A stretch of DNA of 64,000 nucleotides, from positions 40,424,001-40,488,000 of the forward strand of contig NC_092350.1 of the NCBI RefSeq assembly GCF_963676685.1, in the 5' to 3' direction. The notes under the pieces were generated by a model. It saw nothing but the letters and a program-made list of their open reading frames with translations. It was not told where the DNA came from and made no database searches. How positions within the stretch are numbered: position 1 is the first letter of the stretch; each line of letters begins with the position of its first letter. Positions 47,762-61,080 of this stretch are shown in pieces. A program made the translations under genes and the position numbers. The stretch is from Mytilus edulis. Taxonomy: Eukaryota.

Positions 47762-49238
47762 ATGTTGGATGTGGTCTGATTGATATTAAGTCTCAGATGC
47801 ATCATTTTCTTTTTTTTGTTATTGGCTTTGAACTAGCTATCAATAACTGAGAGAAGTCTCATATCTGTACTTTTTTGTCTTTTTGTTGGTGGGATGTACA
47901 AGTATACGGCCACGTTCACTGTATTTTGTTAAATGCATTTCTATTTGTATCTATCTAGTATATATCTTCCAATTGATACGATATTCCAGGGCTTATATTT
48001 CCTTGATAGATGATTGCTACTCAGAAGGAAGCTTTTAAACCAATAGTTCCAAAAGATGAAGATGAAACCATCCCTTCGTAAATTTTACTGACGCCATCAC
48101 GAGTTGGTTGACCGTTACAGAATATCCGTTTCACAGATTACATTGAATATGTTCCGAAGGTCGTAAATACAATCCCGTTTTCTTACCACGAATGTAACTT
48201 TGCGGATAAGACAAGATACCGGGGTTGTAATAACATGAGCAACACGAAGAGTGTCAGATGCGGAACAGGATCTGCATACCCTTCCAGAACACATGAGAAC
48301 AAACACAGTTTTAGTGGGGTTCGTGTTTCTTAGTCTTTCATTTTCTATGTTGTGTTTGTGTACTATTGTCCTTCTGTTTGTCTTTTCATGTTTAGCCATG
48401 GCGTTGTCAGTTTATTTTTGATCTATAAGTTTGAATGTCCCTCTGGTATCTTTCGTCCCTCCTTTAAGCCCTTTATGGCTGATGGTTTTAGTTTGTTTTT
48501 ATGTTTTACTGTTACACCACTGTTACAGGTGAAGGGGAGGGTTGTGATCCCGCTAACATGTTTAACCCTGCCACATCCTATAGGTATGTATCTGTCCCAA
48601 GTCAGGAGCCTGTAATTCAGTAGTTGTCGTTTGTTGCTGTGTTGCATATTTGTTTTTCGTTCATTCTTTTGTACATTAAATAGTCTACTAGTTTTGTACG
48701 GTGAGATAAAGTTGTTTATTTCTGTGTCATTTTGTCTTTTGTCTCTTGTGAAGGATAGTCTCATTGGCAATCATACCACATCTTTTTTTGTTACATTATA
48801 TTAGTTAAAATGATACTTTTTTGGAAACATTCTGTGATTGTGCTTTTTTGAAACACCTTCGCACTATTAATATTTACGTGCTAGTAAAGTATTAATTCTA
48901 TGTCAATTGAATAAAAAATACATGCCAATTTTTGATATTATGCTGTATTGCTTTAGTTTCCAACAACTACAACTTCAATGTTGAAAGTTGAACGTAAAAT
49001 ATTGAATGTATTAATTCAATTATTGTTTGTATGCTTAAAATAACTGTTCTTCGATCTTTTCGACGTAACTAACTGCTTATACATGATCATAAAATTTAAG
49101 TTGTATTTTTGAGAACATTTAATCTTACAGGAAAAAAAGATAACGGACGAAGCTGCAAAAAAGAAACTACACAATTCTAATAATGAATTGCTAGTTCTTG
49201 TTACATCTTGAATATACATGTTGCGAATGTAGAAATTT

Positions 49239-50910
49239 CTAATCGATAACATCATATATAAAATAGTCAGCATAGCTATTAACAACCAATTAATGCTTGC
49301 CTTTTCTATCGAAATGAATCGCGCAAGGTATTTTCAATCCATCCTCTTGCGATAAAAGTATTCTGCTTTGTTTTCCATCAGGTGATATCACCACCACTCG
49401 ATGTAATGTTGAACAAGCAGCATACATGTTTCCACTATTATCAACTGCTATGCCATGTGGATATTTCAATAAACTCTCATCTTTAAATGTCGAAATTTCT
49501 TTTCCGTTTATATCGCAAATTGTGACAGTTCTAGTAAAACCGTTAGTGTAATAAATGATGTTATCAAAAATTTCAATATAGGACCATGAAGGTAAATAAG
49601 ATTTGATGATAAGTTTACTGCTGCCGTCTTGGAGGTTAATTTTGAAAATTCCATCGCTGGAAGCACACACGAACAAAGACCCATTGTGGTGTATTATTCC
49701 AAAGCATTTATAGTTTGTTGGAATGTACTTTGTGACCTTTCCTGTATCAATATCTATAATATTGACACCTTTACGAGAATTTTTTCTTGACGTTGTAGCT
49801 ACGGTTTTATCATCTATATACGTTACATCAAATGCACTGGCAGGCTTTACGCAAACTTTACTAAGTGTCTTCCCGTCGGCACCGAAGAGAGCAACATTTC
49901 CTGTATTCAGATCACTTACTGCAATATTTACGCTGGGTAGTGCAACAATACCTTTAATGTCTGAAAACTCGTGCTGTATTGTTTTCACTAGCCTTAATTT
50001 AATATGACCAATGAATTTAATCCTTGTCTCTACTATCTGAGCTTCTTTATTTTTGTGTCTAATGAGGGGACGTTGATATGGACTTTACTGTATTTTCACT
50101 GACCAAAAAGATGTAATATCATCGCTAATGGTGTCTATTTTGTCATCCATTTTAAGGAGTAACGTGATTTCATCCAAGCTGTGGTCTTTAATGATCGATT
50201 GTAGATACAAATCATTACTAGCTGCTTCTGCAATCCTAAGTACGTTTGAAAGTCAGTCGCGTTCCTGTCAATACCCTGTAACTGTTGTTCAGCATGGTGT
50301 TTAATATTCATCCGGCTTTCTAAAATCTGTAGTGTTTGCTTAATATTTTCGTTTGATTTACTTCTTATCTCAATGATTTCATTTCTTATCGTCTTTTCCA
50401 ATTGATCGAAGTGGGAATTAACTTTGTTCCTTGTATCGATGATCTGGGCTAAAATTGTATTTTCTTGCTGCTTTATACTTCCTCCTTGTTTCTTTAATTC
50501 ACTCAGCAAGTTTTTATGTTTTTATCAATATCTTTCAAACTTAGTCGTGTTTCCTGGAAAAATGACGACTTTTTAACGTTTTCTATCATTTTACGAAGGG
50601 ATACTATACCTTTGCATCCTTCGTGATTCTCAATACATGAGGGGCAAATAAGTTTATCATGAGCTTGGCAAACCATTTGATATTGTTCCGTATGTTCCAT
50701 GCATATACTACTGGTTTGTGAAATTGATGAAGACATCGACAAGTAGTCCTGAATCGATACAGTTACGTGATTTTCGGACGACTTTGAAAATCCATGATAA
50801 TCATTGCAATCTTCACAAAATGCTTGTTTACATTCAGGACACCAGATAGTGGACGGTTTTGTAATATGCCGATGGTCACATATATCGCAATGTTGCTGAA
50901 TTGATGCCAT
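49239..50910 (-). pseudogene. TRIM-NHL-like copy 6 (chimeric pseudogene)
   Basis: ORFs 50503-50958, 50135-50509, 49290-49988; frameshift near 50508, small deletion near 50230, premature stops. Confidence 0.85.
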
Positions 50911-51266
50911 TTTAGCTTTCCTGCAAAGAAAAGTATAAGCATATTGGTTTTGATTCATGTGAAAAAACCTGTATGGATATAATCAATTAACTTGGTTTGT
51001 TTAACACAAAATGTAAACAATTACTGATGTTGTCTGCATTCTATTGACCGAAACTTCACTATCACATTTATTTAATTCATGAAATAAAAAGTTAATTATA
51101 TATAGATCGATTAAATACAAGAATGTAAACTAAAATGTAGGAAACATCTCTACGCTATTAGAGCAATAACAGTGTTGTTTTGTTAAAAAATGTGTATTAT
51201 ATATAATAATAAAATAGTAAAAAGGGTTAATAAAGAAAAATAACATCTACAAAAACAAAAATGTAC

Positions 51267-51364
51267 CTGCAGTTTAAACAACACAAATCAATGTATTCGA
51301 CCAGGAAGTTGAACACTAAACATTTAAGTGAATTGGATTAACTTGTCAAGTTATAAAACGTGCC
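51267..51364 (-). promoter_or_regulatory. Putative core promoter and non-coding exon 1 of TRIM copy 6
   Basis: GGCACG-TTTTATAA, TCACT 29 nt downstream, CTTCCTGG, donor CTGCAG|GTACAT. Confidence 0.6.
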
Positions 51365-51461
51365 AAATTTTAAATGTACTTAATTTGGTAAAATAACATC
51401 AAAATGTGTTTTTCCTGAAAACAAGGACACAACGTTCATACCTTAGCATTGCATTACCAAC

Positions 51462-52561
51462 CAGTCAGGAGTCTACTTCGTCAAAATTATCTCCCCATTA
51501 CGCCAGTTCATTTTCACAATCGTAGAAATGGAAGCCATTGTAGGGATGACGCGCTACCAATATTGCTCTTGGAAACCGATAAATTTATCCACATTGCACC
51601 ATTACGATCCGTATATGTTAGTTGTATTTTAAAAGACAAATGTATCAACTGGCTATAATGAGCATCAGTTAATAATCTTGTCTGCATTGATTCAACTTAA
51701 AACTATTGTCTGATCGGTTGTCAGGTGGAATTTTCGAAAATTCATAAACATTAAAAAAAATTATAAGGAAATATTTCGTGGAAGGGCAGACTAGATTTTT
51801 TTAGTGTATGAAGACTATAAACCCTAGTAATCACACACAAAAAATTAGAATCTTTCGAAGATATGCATTTTCATCATCCAACTTGAAAGACTGTCGTCAA
51901 GTACTTTCAGTAAAAAATAGCTATTCGAACACACCTTCTCTTTTTTGTGACTCATTAGATAGGTATTTCACTTGACCCATATATTTCATCTTTTAGTACT
52001 GTGATTCTTTTGTGTTATAAAGTCAACCTGTAGCTTTAATATATAAAAATGATAGAATCTGAAGCGAGACGATGTATGAAATATTCTTACTTTGTACGAT
52101 ATCAAGACAAAATACTCAACTCAAACACGCCCTAACATAAAAAGGTGCATTCGATTTTCTCTTTTTGTTACCCATTTTTTGGAATTTTTTCTTCAGTCAC
52201 ATAATGGAAGGGCAGACACGAAAATTACTGAACTTATAGATTGATATGTTTTCCGTCCGTGGTAATTTTTTCATAAAAATCGGAGGTCATGCATTTTCTT
52301 CATCCAACTTGAAAGATACCCATGTCGTCGACTTGATATCTAATTGTTCTGTTTAACTATGTACTAGATAAATTGAAAACTTATGCAAATGGTGTTTTTA
52401 AAATAAAACACCTCTTAATTGAGAAGAAAACTGCAATTTTGTTTGTTTCTATTAAGTTTTAAAAATTTGGTCACTATAGTAAACAATACAGTAAACATTT
52501 ATCGCCTTCTCTAACAAAGAGCTTCGATTCTTTTGTTCTATTTCAACCTGGTTTACGACTG
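51462..52561. mobile_element. 1.1-kb insertion with CAGTC...GACTG ends and a 4-bp TSD (non-autonomous DNA transposon, superfamily uncertain)
   Basis: CAAC at 51458-51461 and 52562-52565; flanks rejoin to match 26066-26092. Confidence 0.55.
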
Positions 52562-53629
52562 CAACGATTACTCAATAGTTTATGAACAAAAAAAAATATC
52601 TACAATACCTTAATCACGTTTATCAGTATCTCAAAATTACCGAACTCAAAGACAAAGGTCTTTTCAAAAAGGGGAGGTCCATAAAACAACGGTCGTCAAC
52701 TATAGGAACAAGTGAAAACATATTATTGGCTTGGTGCTGATATTTTCCAAATAAAATGATGGGAAGTACCTTATGTTATATAATCTCCTTATGAATTTTT
52801 TAAACCATGTTCATGATGTTAAATTGGATTTTCGTCTGTATACAACGTTTTTCATTAGTTTTACAACAATATGTATAATTCTTAAACATGTAAGTATAGT
52901 CAACTCCAAGAAGTCTATATATCTAAGACTCAAATCGACGTCCGCTTCTCAAATCGACGTTCAAATGTAACGTCACAATAAAATAGCATTACAAATCAAC
53001 GGTCAATTTTAGGCCTATCTAATCGACGTCCATTTTTTTGGCATTCTCTAATCGACGTCGTCTTCTTAGCTTCTCTATTTAATGTCCGTTTTGGACACAG
53101 AATACAAAATTGAACTGAACCGATAGAAGCTGAAACCTTTAGACCTTTAAACATATGTGTGGCAAAAAAGATCTATTTAAAAAGTAAAATTCTTTTTTTT
53201 AATTTATTACATATTAGACAAAGTATGTAAACAGGTTGTGATATCAATTTTTGAATATACATAAAAAAAAGGAGATGTGGTGTAATTTCCAATGAGACAA
53301 AAATATATACACCAGAGTTCAAATGAAGTGGATGCGACCAATAATGAAAAGTAAAATCACAAAAATAATGGACTCCGGGGAAAATTTTAATTTCAAAACG
53401 GAAAGTCCCGAATCAAATGGCAAAATCAAATGATAAAACACATCAACCGAATGAACAACAGTCATATTCCTGACTTGGTGCAGGCATTTTCAAATGTAGA
53501 AAATGGTGGAATGAACCTGGTTTTATATAAACCATACGGCTTTTAACAATGATAAAAAGCCATACCTCAAACATGGGCTATAAAAGTCCACGACATGAAT
53601 AATGTCAACAATTCAAATAAGAAAGTTAA

Positions 53630-54660
53630 CGGCCTTATTTATAAAAAAAAAAACAATTCCGAAAAACAAATATGACAGACATAACCATTGAAAAACACAG
53701 ATCCATAAAGAATATCGGGTTAAGCATGTGTGTGAGCACTTAACCCAGAACAGTGGTGTAACAGCACAACATAAAAACATAAAAGAGGGACGAAAGATAC
53801 CAAACGGACAGTCAAACTCATAAATCCAAAACAAACTGACAACGCCATGGCTAAAAATGAAAAAGACAAACAGAAAAACAATAGTACACACGACACAACA
53901 TAGAAAACTAAAGAATAAACAACACGAACCCCACCAAAAACTAGGGGTGATCTCAAGTGCTCCGGAAGGGTAAGCAGATCCTGCTCCACATTTGGCACCC
54001 GTCGTGTTGCTTATGTGATTACAAATCCGGTAAATAGTCTAATTCGGTAGGTCATATTCATGAAAGGGAAGGGGATTGTAGTTACGACGTAAGGAACATA
54101 TCCGATATCATTTGTGAAACGGTTATTCCATAACGGTCAACCAACTCGTGATGGCGTCCGTAAAATTTACGAAGGGATGGTTTCAACTTCACCATTTGGA
54201 ACTCTTGGTTTAATAGCTTCCTTGTGAGCAGCAAACCTCTATCAAGAAAATCATGATAGGAAATGCAAGCACGGGAATATCGTATCAATTGGGAGATATA
54301 TACCCCGTATGCAGGTGCTGCTGGAATGTTGCTACTTAGAAATGGAAAGTTCAGAATTGGAAAGCTGAAATCATCTCTTTTGTCGTAAATTTTTGTTTTC
54401 AACCGACCCTCATTGTCAATTTCTAGATGTAAGTCAAGATATGAAGCCGACTTAACTGTATCTGTAGTATCCTTTATCTCTAGTTCGATTGGATAGATGC
54501 GTTCCACATAGTCACCAAATTTTGAATTGTTTAGTGAAAGAACATCATCTATATAGCGGAAAGTAGAGTTAAAGGATATTGCTAACTTCTTATCTTTCTT
54601 CCGACGAAGTTCCTGCATGAAGTCAGCCTCATAATAATAAAGAAACAAGTCGGCGAGTAT
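53630..54660 (-). mobile_element. 5'-truncated Penelope-like retroelement, second family
   Basis: LADLFLY, FRYIDD, SYLDL, YDKRDDFSFPI, YGVYISQLIRY in ORF 54082-54717, followed by a 3' UTR shared with 27885, 47990, 56180 and 58480. Confidence 0.85.
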
Positions 54661-56574
54661 ATTTCTTGCGTATACGTTTCCAGGTGTAAAACTTAGAAAT
54701 TTGTTGAAAAAAACCATACAGAGTCCAAATTATAAAACTCTCAAAACATTAGGCTGTACTTTTCGTCTATTGTTGAAGACTGACTACTGCTCCTAGATGT
54801 CGTTTGGTTTACTTTGTTGTTGAGTTGCTTTCTCATTGACGTACACTTACATGTATGTCATTTTTTTATAAACAGGAATAACACAATATTATGCAGAACA
54901 ATTAAATTAACTTTTTTCAATTTGTCAATGATTCTGCAGCTGCATGGAATTTCATTGCACATTACTGTGGGATTTATTAAAAATTCGGTTTATCTATGGC
55001 ACTACGAACCTAAAACCATTTTATTATCATACTCCAGTCGCTAAATTATATCATAAAAGGTTCTCAGAGCTTTACAAATGGATAGATTATATAATGAAAT
55101 CACATAAACTTATCAAGAGCACTCCAAACTACATAAAGATCCTTTCGACTTTCATCAAACACAAAAATGATGATAATAACAGCATTTCTACACTTAAATA
55201 AAAGGTAATCATTCATAAAGAACAAATAATAATAAGGCAAACATTCGAAATTCTTAATTTAAAATTATTTGTTTTCATCAAGAAAAGAATATACAAGATG
55301 AAGCCTGCCGCCGGATATTCTCGCTGAGTTGTAGATCTATGACCATTGGTGGCCGTAGGTTGGTCTTTGTCCTTTGGTCGGCCATGGCGATTGCAAAAAT
55401 AGACGGATCACCAGATTTACATGTTTATATAGATATTAATATGATTAACTAATCTTGTCATGAATGTTGAAATTATCTAAGAATTCTAATACAAGTTTCC
55501 ATAAATTGTATTCGAAAATCGATAAATGGTTAAATCATAATCTACAAAATTACTGCTTTGAGTAATAAAAGAGTAATTTGAATGCGAATTTAGAATTTGT
55601 GACCATCTTACCATCAAAGACAATGTTGAGAACAGGTTTTTAATTTGGCAATGTTTAAGTATAGTTATCAACATTAGGAACATGTCATCTTCCTTCAGAA
55701 TCTGTTATCTTTCAATTCAAAGGCTAAATTAAATTATGGAAACTTTCACAATACACAAATTACAAATGCTTTAAAAATTAGTTGTCTCCACACCTTATTT
55801 GAATTGTTAACTGAGGTTTATGTACCCTTCTGTAGCCATTTTTGTACGAACTTTTCAAACTTCAATTGTATCAAAACTACAGATATTATGAATAATAGAG
55901 ATAGGCCATTTTGTACATATTCCAAGGGGAAACTTGATGCAAAGCATTATTTTTACTGTTCCATTGCATTTAATAGAAAAAGAGGACTTTGTGGCAAATA
56001 AATCAAGATTTTTATAGAAAATCCACAGCCTTTATCCTTGTACTCTCATATTTGGCAATTTGATGACTGATAGATACAGGATTATTGCATGCAGTGCTAG
56101 CATTGATTTCCTAAAAACAAGTTTATAAACGTAGTTATTGGTTAAGACAAGTATAAATATGGCCAAAATCAAGTACACCTGGGGTTCGTGTTGTTTATTC
56201 TTTAGTTTTCTATGTTGTGTCATGTGTACTATTGTTTTTCTGTTTGTCTTTTTCATTTTTAGCCATGGCGTTGTCAGTTTGTTTTAGATTTATGAGTTTG
56301 ACTGTCCCTTTGGTATCTTTCGTCCCTCTTTTAGGGTGCGCTCGACTTTAGTGACTCAGCACGAGGTGTTTTGGAATTTACAGGTTACTTAGAACTTTTT
56401 GTAAAAAATAAACATATATGATGAGTTTACTTACTAAACCTTTTGGTCTCTAGTGAAGAGTTGTTTCATTGGCAATCAAACCGTATTTTATCTTATATAT
56501 CGTAATAAATATAACTCGTCTAAACATCAGCAAAACTAAGTTATATCTGTAACTTTTTGTTAGGACATTTTTTG

Positions 56575-56675
56575 TTCTTCCTTTGGCGGTACTCGAACTA
56601 ATGCTATTGAGATATCATGGCAACAAATCGCATTGCACTGTGACCGACGCGCTAGACCACTCGACCACCTAGGGT
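56575..56675 (-). mobile_element. tRNA-derived SINE head
   Basis: Minus strand GGTGGTCGAGTGGTCTAGCGCG (A box) ... GTTCGAGTACC (B box); spacing too long and stems too poor for a tRNA. Confidence 0.55.
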
Positions 56676-56798
56676 CTTAAATTGAAATAGCTTTTGGTAT
56701 ATTCTTAAAATTCAAGAGTCTATCTAAAAATGAGGGTACTTTTTTCTAAAAATGAGGGTACTTTTTATATGGCCTTCCAAATACCGTTTCGATCCCTA

Positions 56799-56842
56799 AC
56801 ATCACTGAAGAGACATTTATTGTCGAAATCCGGATCTGGTGT
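56799..56842 (+). ncRNA. Minimal type I hammerhead ribozyme
   Basis: ACATCA-CTGAAGA-GACA-TTTAT-TGTC-GAAA-TCCGGA-TC/TGGTGT; palindromic stem III ATCCGGAT; predicted cut after 56836. Confidence 0.8.
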
Positions 56843-57331
56843 ACTTAAAAAATAGTGACACCGTATGTTTGTGGCATAACATTGTGGCCACAAGTTACAA
56901 AAAAATTCTGTTTAGTATTAAATTTATATTAAGATCCATTTTGTTACATCTTGTGATCAATTTTATTTGGCAATCGCCAATGGCAGTCAGCAGGGTTAAA
57001 GAACATAAGTTTTTCGACCTGTTAGTCAAATGCGTTTTGTTTAAATATACCTTTTCACTTTTTTTGGTTTTTGGGAAATGTTGTTTTTGCTGTTTTTAGA
57101 CCCTTCTACAACATGCACACGTATAAAAATTGCAGTTTTTATCCAACGCAATCATAGGTTTGAACGTAGTTTTCAATTTAGACTTGTTTATATTTTTTCG
57201 TTCGGGCTTGTATCATATCTTCCCTCCGGTTTATATGACCTGTTCATCCTATTGACTCTTGAAATTGAAGAGTCTACCTAAAAATGAGGGTAAACTATAT
57301 ATGGCCTTCCAAATACCGTTTCGATCCCAAC

Positions 57332-57373
57332 CATCACTGAAGAGGCATTTATTGTCGAAATCCGGATCTGGTG
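57332..57373 (+). ncRNA. Minimal type I hammerhead ribozyme
   Basis: CATCA-CTGAAGA-GGCA-TTTAT-TGTC-GAAA-TCCGGA-TC/TGGTG; stem II change A>G keeps pairing (G-U); predicted cut after 57368. Confidence 0.8.
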
Positions 57374-59317
57374 TACAAAAAAAATATTGACATCTTATGT
57401 TTGTGGCATTACATCTTGGCCACTAGTTGATTGTTTTCTGTTTAGTATCAAAGTTATATTAAGATCCATTTTGTTACATCTTGTGATCGATTTCATTTGG
57501 CAATCGCCAATGGCAGTCAGCAGGGTCAAAGAATATCAGTTTAAATATACTTTTTCATTTTTTTGGTCTTTTGGAAAATGTTGTTTGTGCTGTATTTAGA
57601 CCCTTTTATAATGAAATTTGTTTTACATGCACACGTATAAAAATTGCGGTTTGTTTCCAACGCAATCATAGGTTTGAACGTAGTTTTCAATTTAGACTTG
57701 TTTATATTTTTTCGTTCGGGCTTGTATCATATTTTCCCTCCGGTTTATATGATCCGTTCATCCTATTGACTCTTGAAATTCAAGAGTCTATCTAAAAATG
57801 AGACTATATGTGACCCGCCATGACATTTGCAGGCTTATGGAGGTAGAACGTCATTGTTAGAAAAATTATAAACATGATAAATATTGAGATTCAATGAAAT
57901 ACGTATTTGTGAAGAAGAGATAAACACTTTCCTTGGCTTCTTTTTTGCTGACGCCGAACTATACATCATATATAAGTTTTGAAGGAGTTTTACTTTATCG
58001 TTTGAAGTGAAAAATATTTGAATCTACATTTTAAACTGATACACAAAAAATCAAATTTCTGCTCTATAGATTTCCTTTCATAAATGAAATCTGAAATATA
58101 TCCCTAACAAATGCACCGTATAAAATGCATATAAGAGAACACCTACTTATAAACTGTTACGCGTCGCATACTAAGTATAGAGACATGCATAATAAATCTA
58201 ATTTAAAAAAAGGAATTCTTAAAGCTTACTTTGACAAATTTCAAAGTGAAACTAACTTCATTTCAACAAGTTTAAATTACATGTTCTAAAATAGAGCTAA
58301 GAATTGTTTGTATTGTAGTAAATTTAAGTCTTTGAAATTTTATTCAAATACGCTATCGAACATTACTAAGAGCCAATAAATACAATAATTTTTGTATTTT
58401 ATAAATTAGTGCCTTCAATAAATAAAAGCCGTCATAGAACAGTCTCATTTTCATACCGATATTCGAAATCACTCGTTACATTTTTACTGACACCATCACG
58501 AGTTGATTGACCGTAATGGAATATCCGTTTCACAGATTATATTGGATATGTTCCGAATATCGTAACTACATCCCCGTTCTCTTTGGACGAATGTAACCTT
58601 GCGAATAAGACAAATTACAGGGGTTGTAATAACATGAGCAACACGAAGAGTGCCACATGTGGAACAGGATCTGCTTACCCTTCCAGAGCACATGAGAACA
58701 CCTGAGAACAAACCCAGTTTTGGTGGGGTTCGTGTTGCTTAGTCTTTAGTTTTCTATGTTGTGTTTTGTGTACTATTATCCTGCTGTTTGTCTTTTTTTT
58801 TTAGCCATGGCGTTGTCAGTTTATTTTTTATATATAAGTTTGAATGCCCCTCTGGAATCGTTCGCCCCTTCTTTAAGCCCTTTATGGCTGATGGTTTTAG
58901 TTTGTTGTTATGTTTTACTGTTACACCACTGTTACAGGTGAAAGGGAGGGTTGTGATCCCGCTAATATGTTTAATCCCGCCACATTCTATAGGTATGTTT
59001 CTGTCCAAAGTCAGGAGCCTGTAATTCAGTAGTTGTCGTTTATTGCTGTGTTGCATATTAGTTTTTCGTTCATTCTTTTGTACATTAAACAGTCTACTAG
59101 TTTTCTAGTTTGAATTGTTTTACATTTGTCATGTCGGGCAATGGGTTTGCTCATTGTTGAGGGCCGTCCGATGAGATAAAATTGTTTATTTCTGTGTCAT
59201 TTTGTCTTTTGTCTCTTGTGAAGGATAGTCTCATTTTTGTTAAATTATATTGGTTAAAATGATACTTTTTTGGAAACATTCTGTGATTGTGCTTTTGTGA
59301 AACACCTTTTAATTCTT

Positions 59318-60700
59318 GGATCAAGTATAGAATACGTGATTGTAGTACCATCGGACTGATATTTAAGTCAAATGAAGTAAATCGGTTCTGATACAAATTA
59401 CATAATTGTAGTACCATCGGACTTATATTTAAGTCAAATGAAGTAAATCGGTTTTTATACAAGTTAAATTATTTTCCAGGTTTTTTATTTGAAGATTGTA
59501 GTTATGTTTAATCGCCATATTAAGTTGGGATCGACAGGTCGACAGGTCGACAGGCCGACATGTCGATAGGTCGACATGTAGACAGGTTGACAGGTCGACA
59601 GGCCGACAGGCCGACAGGTCGATAGGTCAATGGTGACTGTTTAAAAAAGAAACTAACACCCAACAAGCAGTAACACAATACGATACAGTTCAATTGCTGA
59701 CTTGTCGACTTGCTGACTATTTTTATTGAGTACTCAACTCCCCCCTACACAACATCCTGACTTAATGACAAATAATCTATGGATAACATGAAACATCTGC
59801 TGACCTGTCGACCTGTCGTCCTGCTGACCTGTCGACCTGTCGACTTGCTGACCTGTCGACCTGTCGACTTGCTGACCTGTCGACCTGTTAACCTGTCGAC
59901 CTGCTGACCTGTCAACCTGCTGACATGTCGACCTGTCGTCCTGCTGACATGTCGACCTGCTGACATGTCGACCTGCTGACCTGTCGACCTGCTGACCTGT
60001 CGACCTGTAGACCTGCTGACCTGTTGACCCGTCGACCTGCTGACCTGTCGCCCTGCTGACCTGTCGACCTGCTGACCTGTCGACTTGCTGACTATTTAAC
60101 TGAGTACCAAACCTTCCCTCTACACAACATCCTGACTTAATGACTAATGATATATGGATAACATGAAACATCTTCTGACCTGTTGTCCTGCTGACCTGTC
60201 GACCTGCTGACCTGTCGACCTGACGACCTGCTGACCTGTCGACCTGCTGACCTGTCAACCTGCTGACCTGTCGACTTGCTGACTATTTAACTGAGTACCA
60301 AACCTTCCCTCTACACAACATACTGACTTAATGACTAATAATCTATGGATAACATGAAACATCTTCTGACCTGTTGTCCTGCTGACCTGTCGACCTGCTG
60401 ACCTGTCGACCTGACGACCTGCTGACCTGTCGACCTGCTGACCTGTAAACTTGCTGACTATTTAATTGAGTATCCAACCTCATGCTAGTCCCTATCCACA
60501 TTGACATATTAACAGCTGTTATGTTAACCCCCAAAAACACCGACCCACAAGAACATATTTAATGTTTCAGCGAATGAATATTTCGATTATTGCCGGAACT
60601 AGGCCTTCAGATTGTTGCGCGCCTAAACATATTTAAAGTATTGGCGTATGGATATTTCGAATATTGCCGGAACTACTTAAACGTATTCTATACTTGGGCC
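59318..60700. mobile_element. Non-autonomous DNA transposon (GG termini, 8-bp TSD; Merlin-like) carrying a satellite
   Basis: TIRs GGATCAAGTATAGAATACGT / ACGTATTCTATACTTGGGCC (18/20); TSD TAATTCTT at 59310-59317 and 60701-60708; absent at the paralogous site near 48860. Confidence 0.8.
59531..60480. repeat. 8/16-mer minisatellite (ACCTGTCG/ACCTGCTG) in higher-order repeats
   Basis: Arrays are separated by an about 90-bp spacer repeated at 59710, 60085 and 60276 (partial at 60451); an inverted arm lies at 59531-59628. Confidence 0.9.
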
Positions 60701-61080
60701 TAATTCTTAATATTTACGTGAAAGTAATATGTATTAATTATATGTCAATTGAATAAATAATACATGTCAATTTTTGATATTATGCTGTATTGCTTTAATT
60801 TGCAACAACTACAATTTCAATGTTGAAAGTTGAACGTAAAGTATTGAATGTAGTAATTCAATTATTGTTTGTATGCTTAAAATAACTGTTCTACGATCTT
60901 TTCGACGTAACTAACTGCTTATACATGATCATAAAATTTAAGTAATATTTTTGAGAAAATGTAATCTTACAGGAAAAAAAGATAACGGACGAAGCAGCAA
61001 AAAAGAAACTGCATAATTCCAAAAAATTTATGCTAGTTCTTGTTACATCTTGAATATGCATGTTGCGAATATAGAACTTT

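Larger units (their letters stand above)
56704..57802 (+). repeat. Tandem repeat (about 2.1 units of 510-550 bp), one hammerhead per unit: retrozyme-like
   Basis: Unit boundary AATT(C/G)AAGAGTCTA(T/C)CTAAAAATGAG at about 56709, 57263 and 57777. Confidence 0.85.

Noticed and set aside
48115-48770. Several 85-115 aa ORFs (also 53613-53998, 58496-59056)
   Set aside because: They lie in non-coding 3' regions of Penelope-like repeats and the frames are not conserved between copies.
52927-53065. Cluster of AATCGACGTC repeats
   Set aside because: Resembles subterminal repeats of a DNA transposon end, but no partner end or TSD was found.
53940-54081. SECIS search in the 3' UTR of the second Penelope-like family
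   Set aside because: ATGA motifs are present but I found no correctly spaced helix II, AA and GA arrangement.
59700-60480. CRISPR-like alternation of repeat and spacer
   Set aside because: The spacers are near-identical, the variable parts are minisatellite, there are no cas genes, and the context is eukaryotic.
59734-60540. ORFs with QQVDRSTG/RQVSRS repeats
   Set aside because: Translations of the 8/16-mer satellite inside a transposon; open in several frames, with no gene context.
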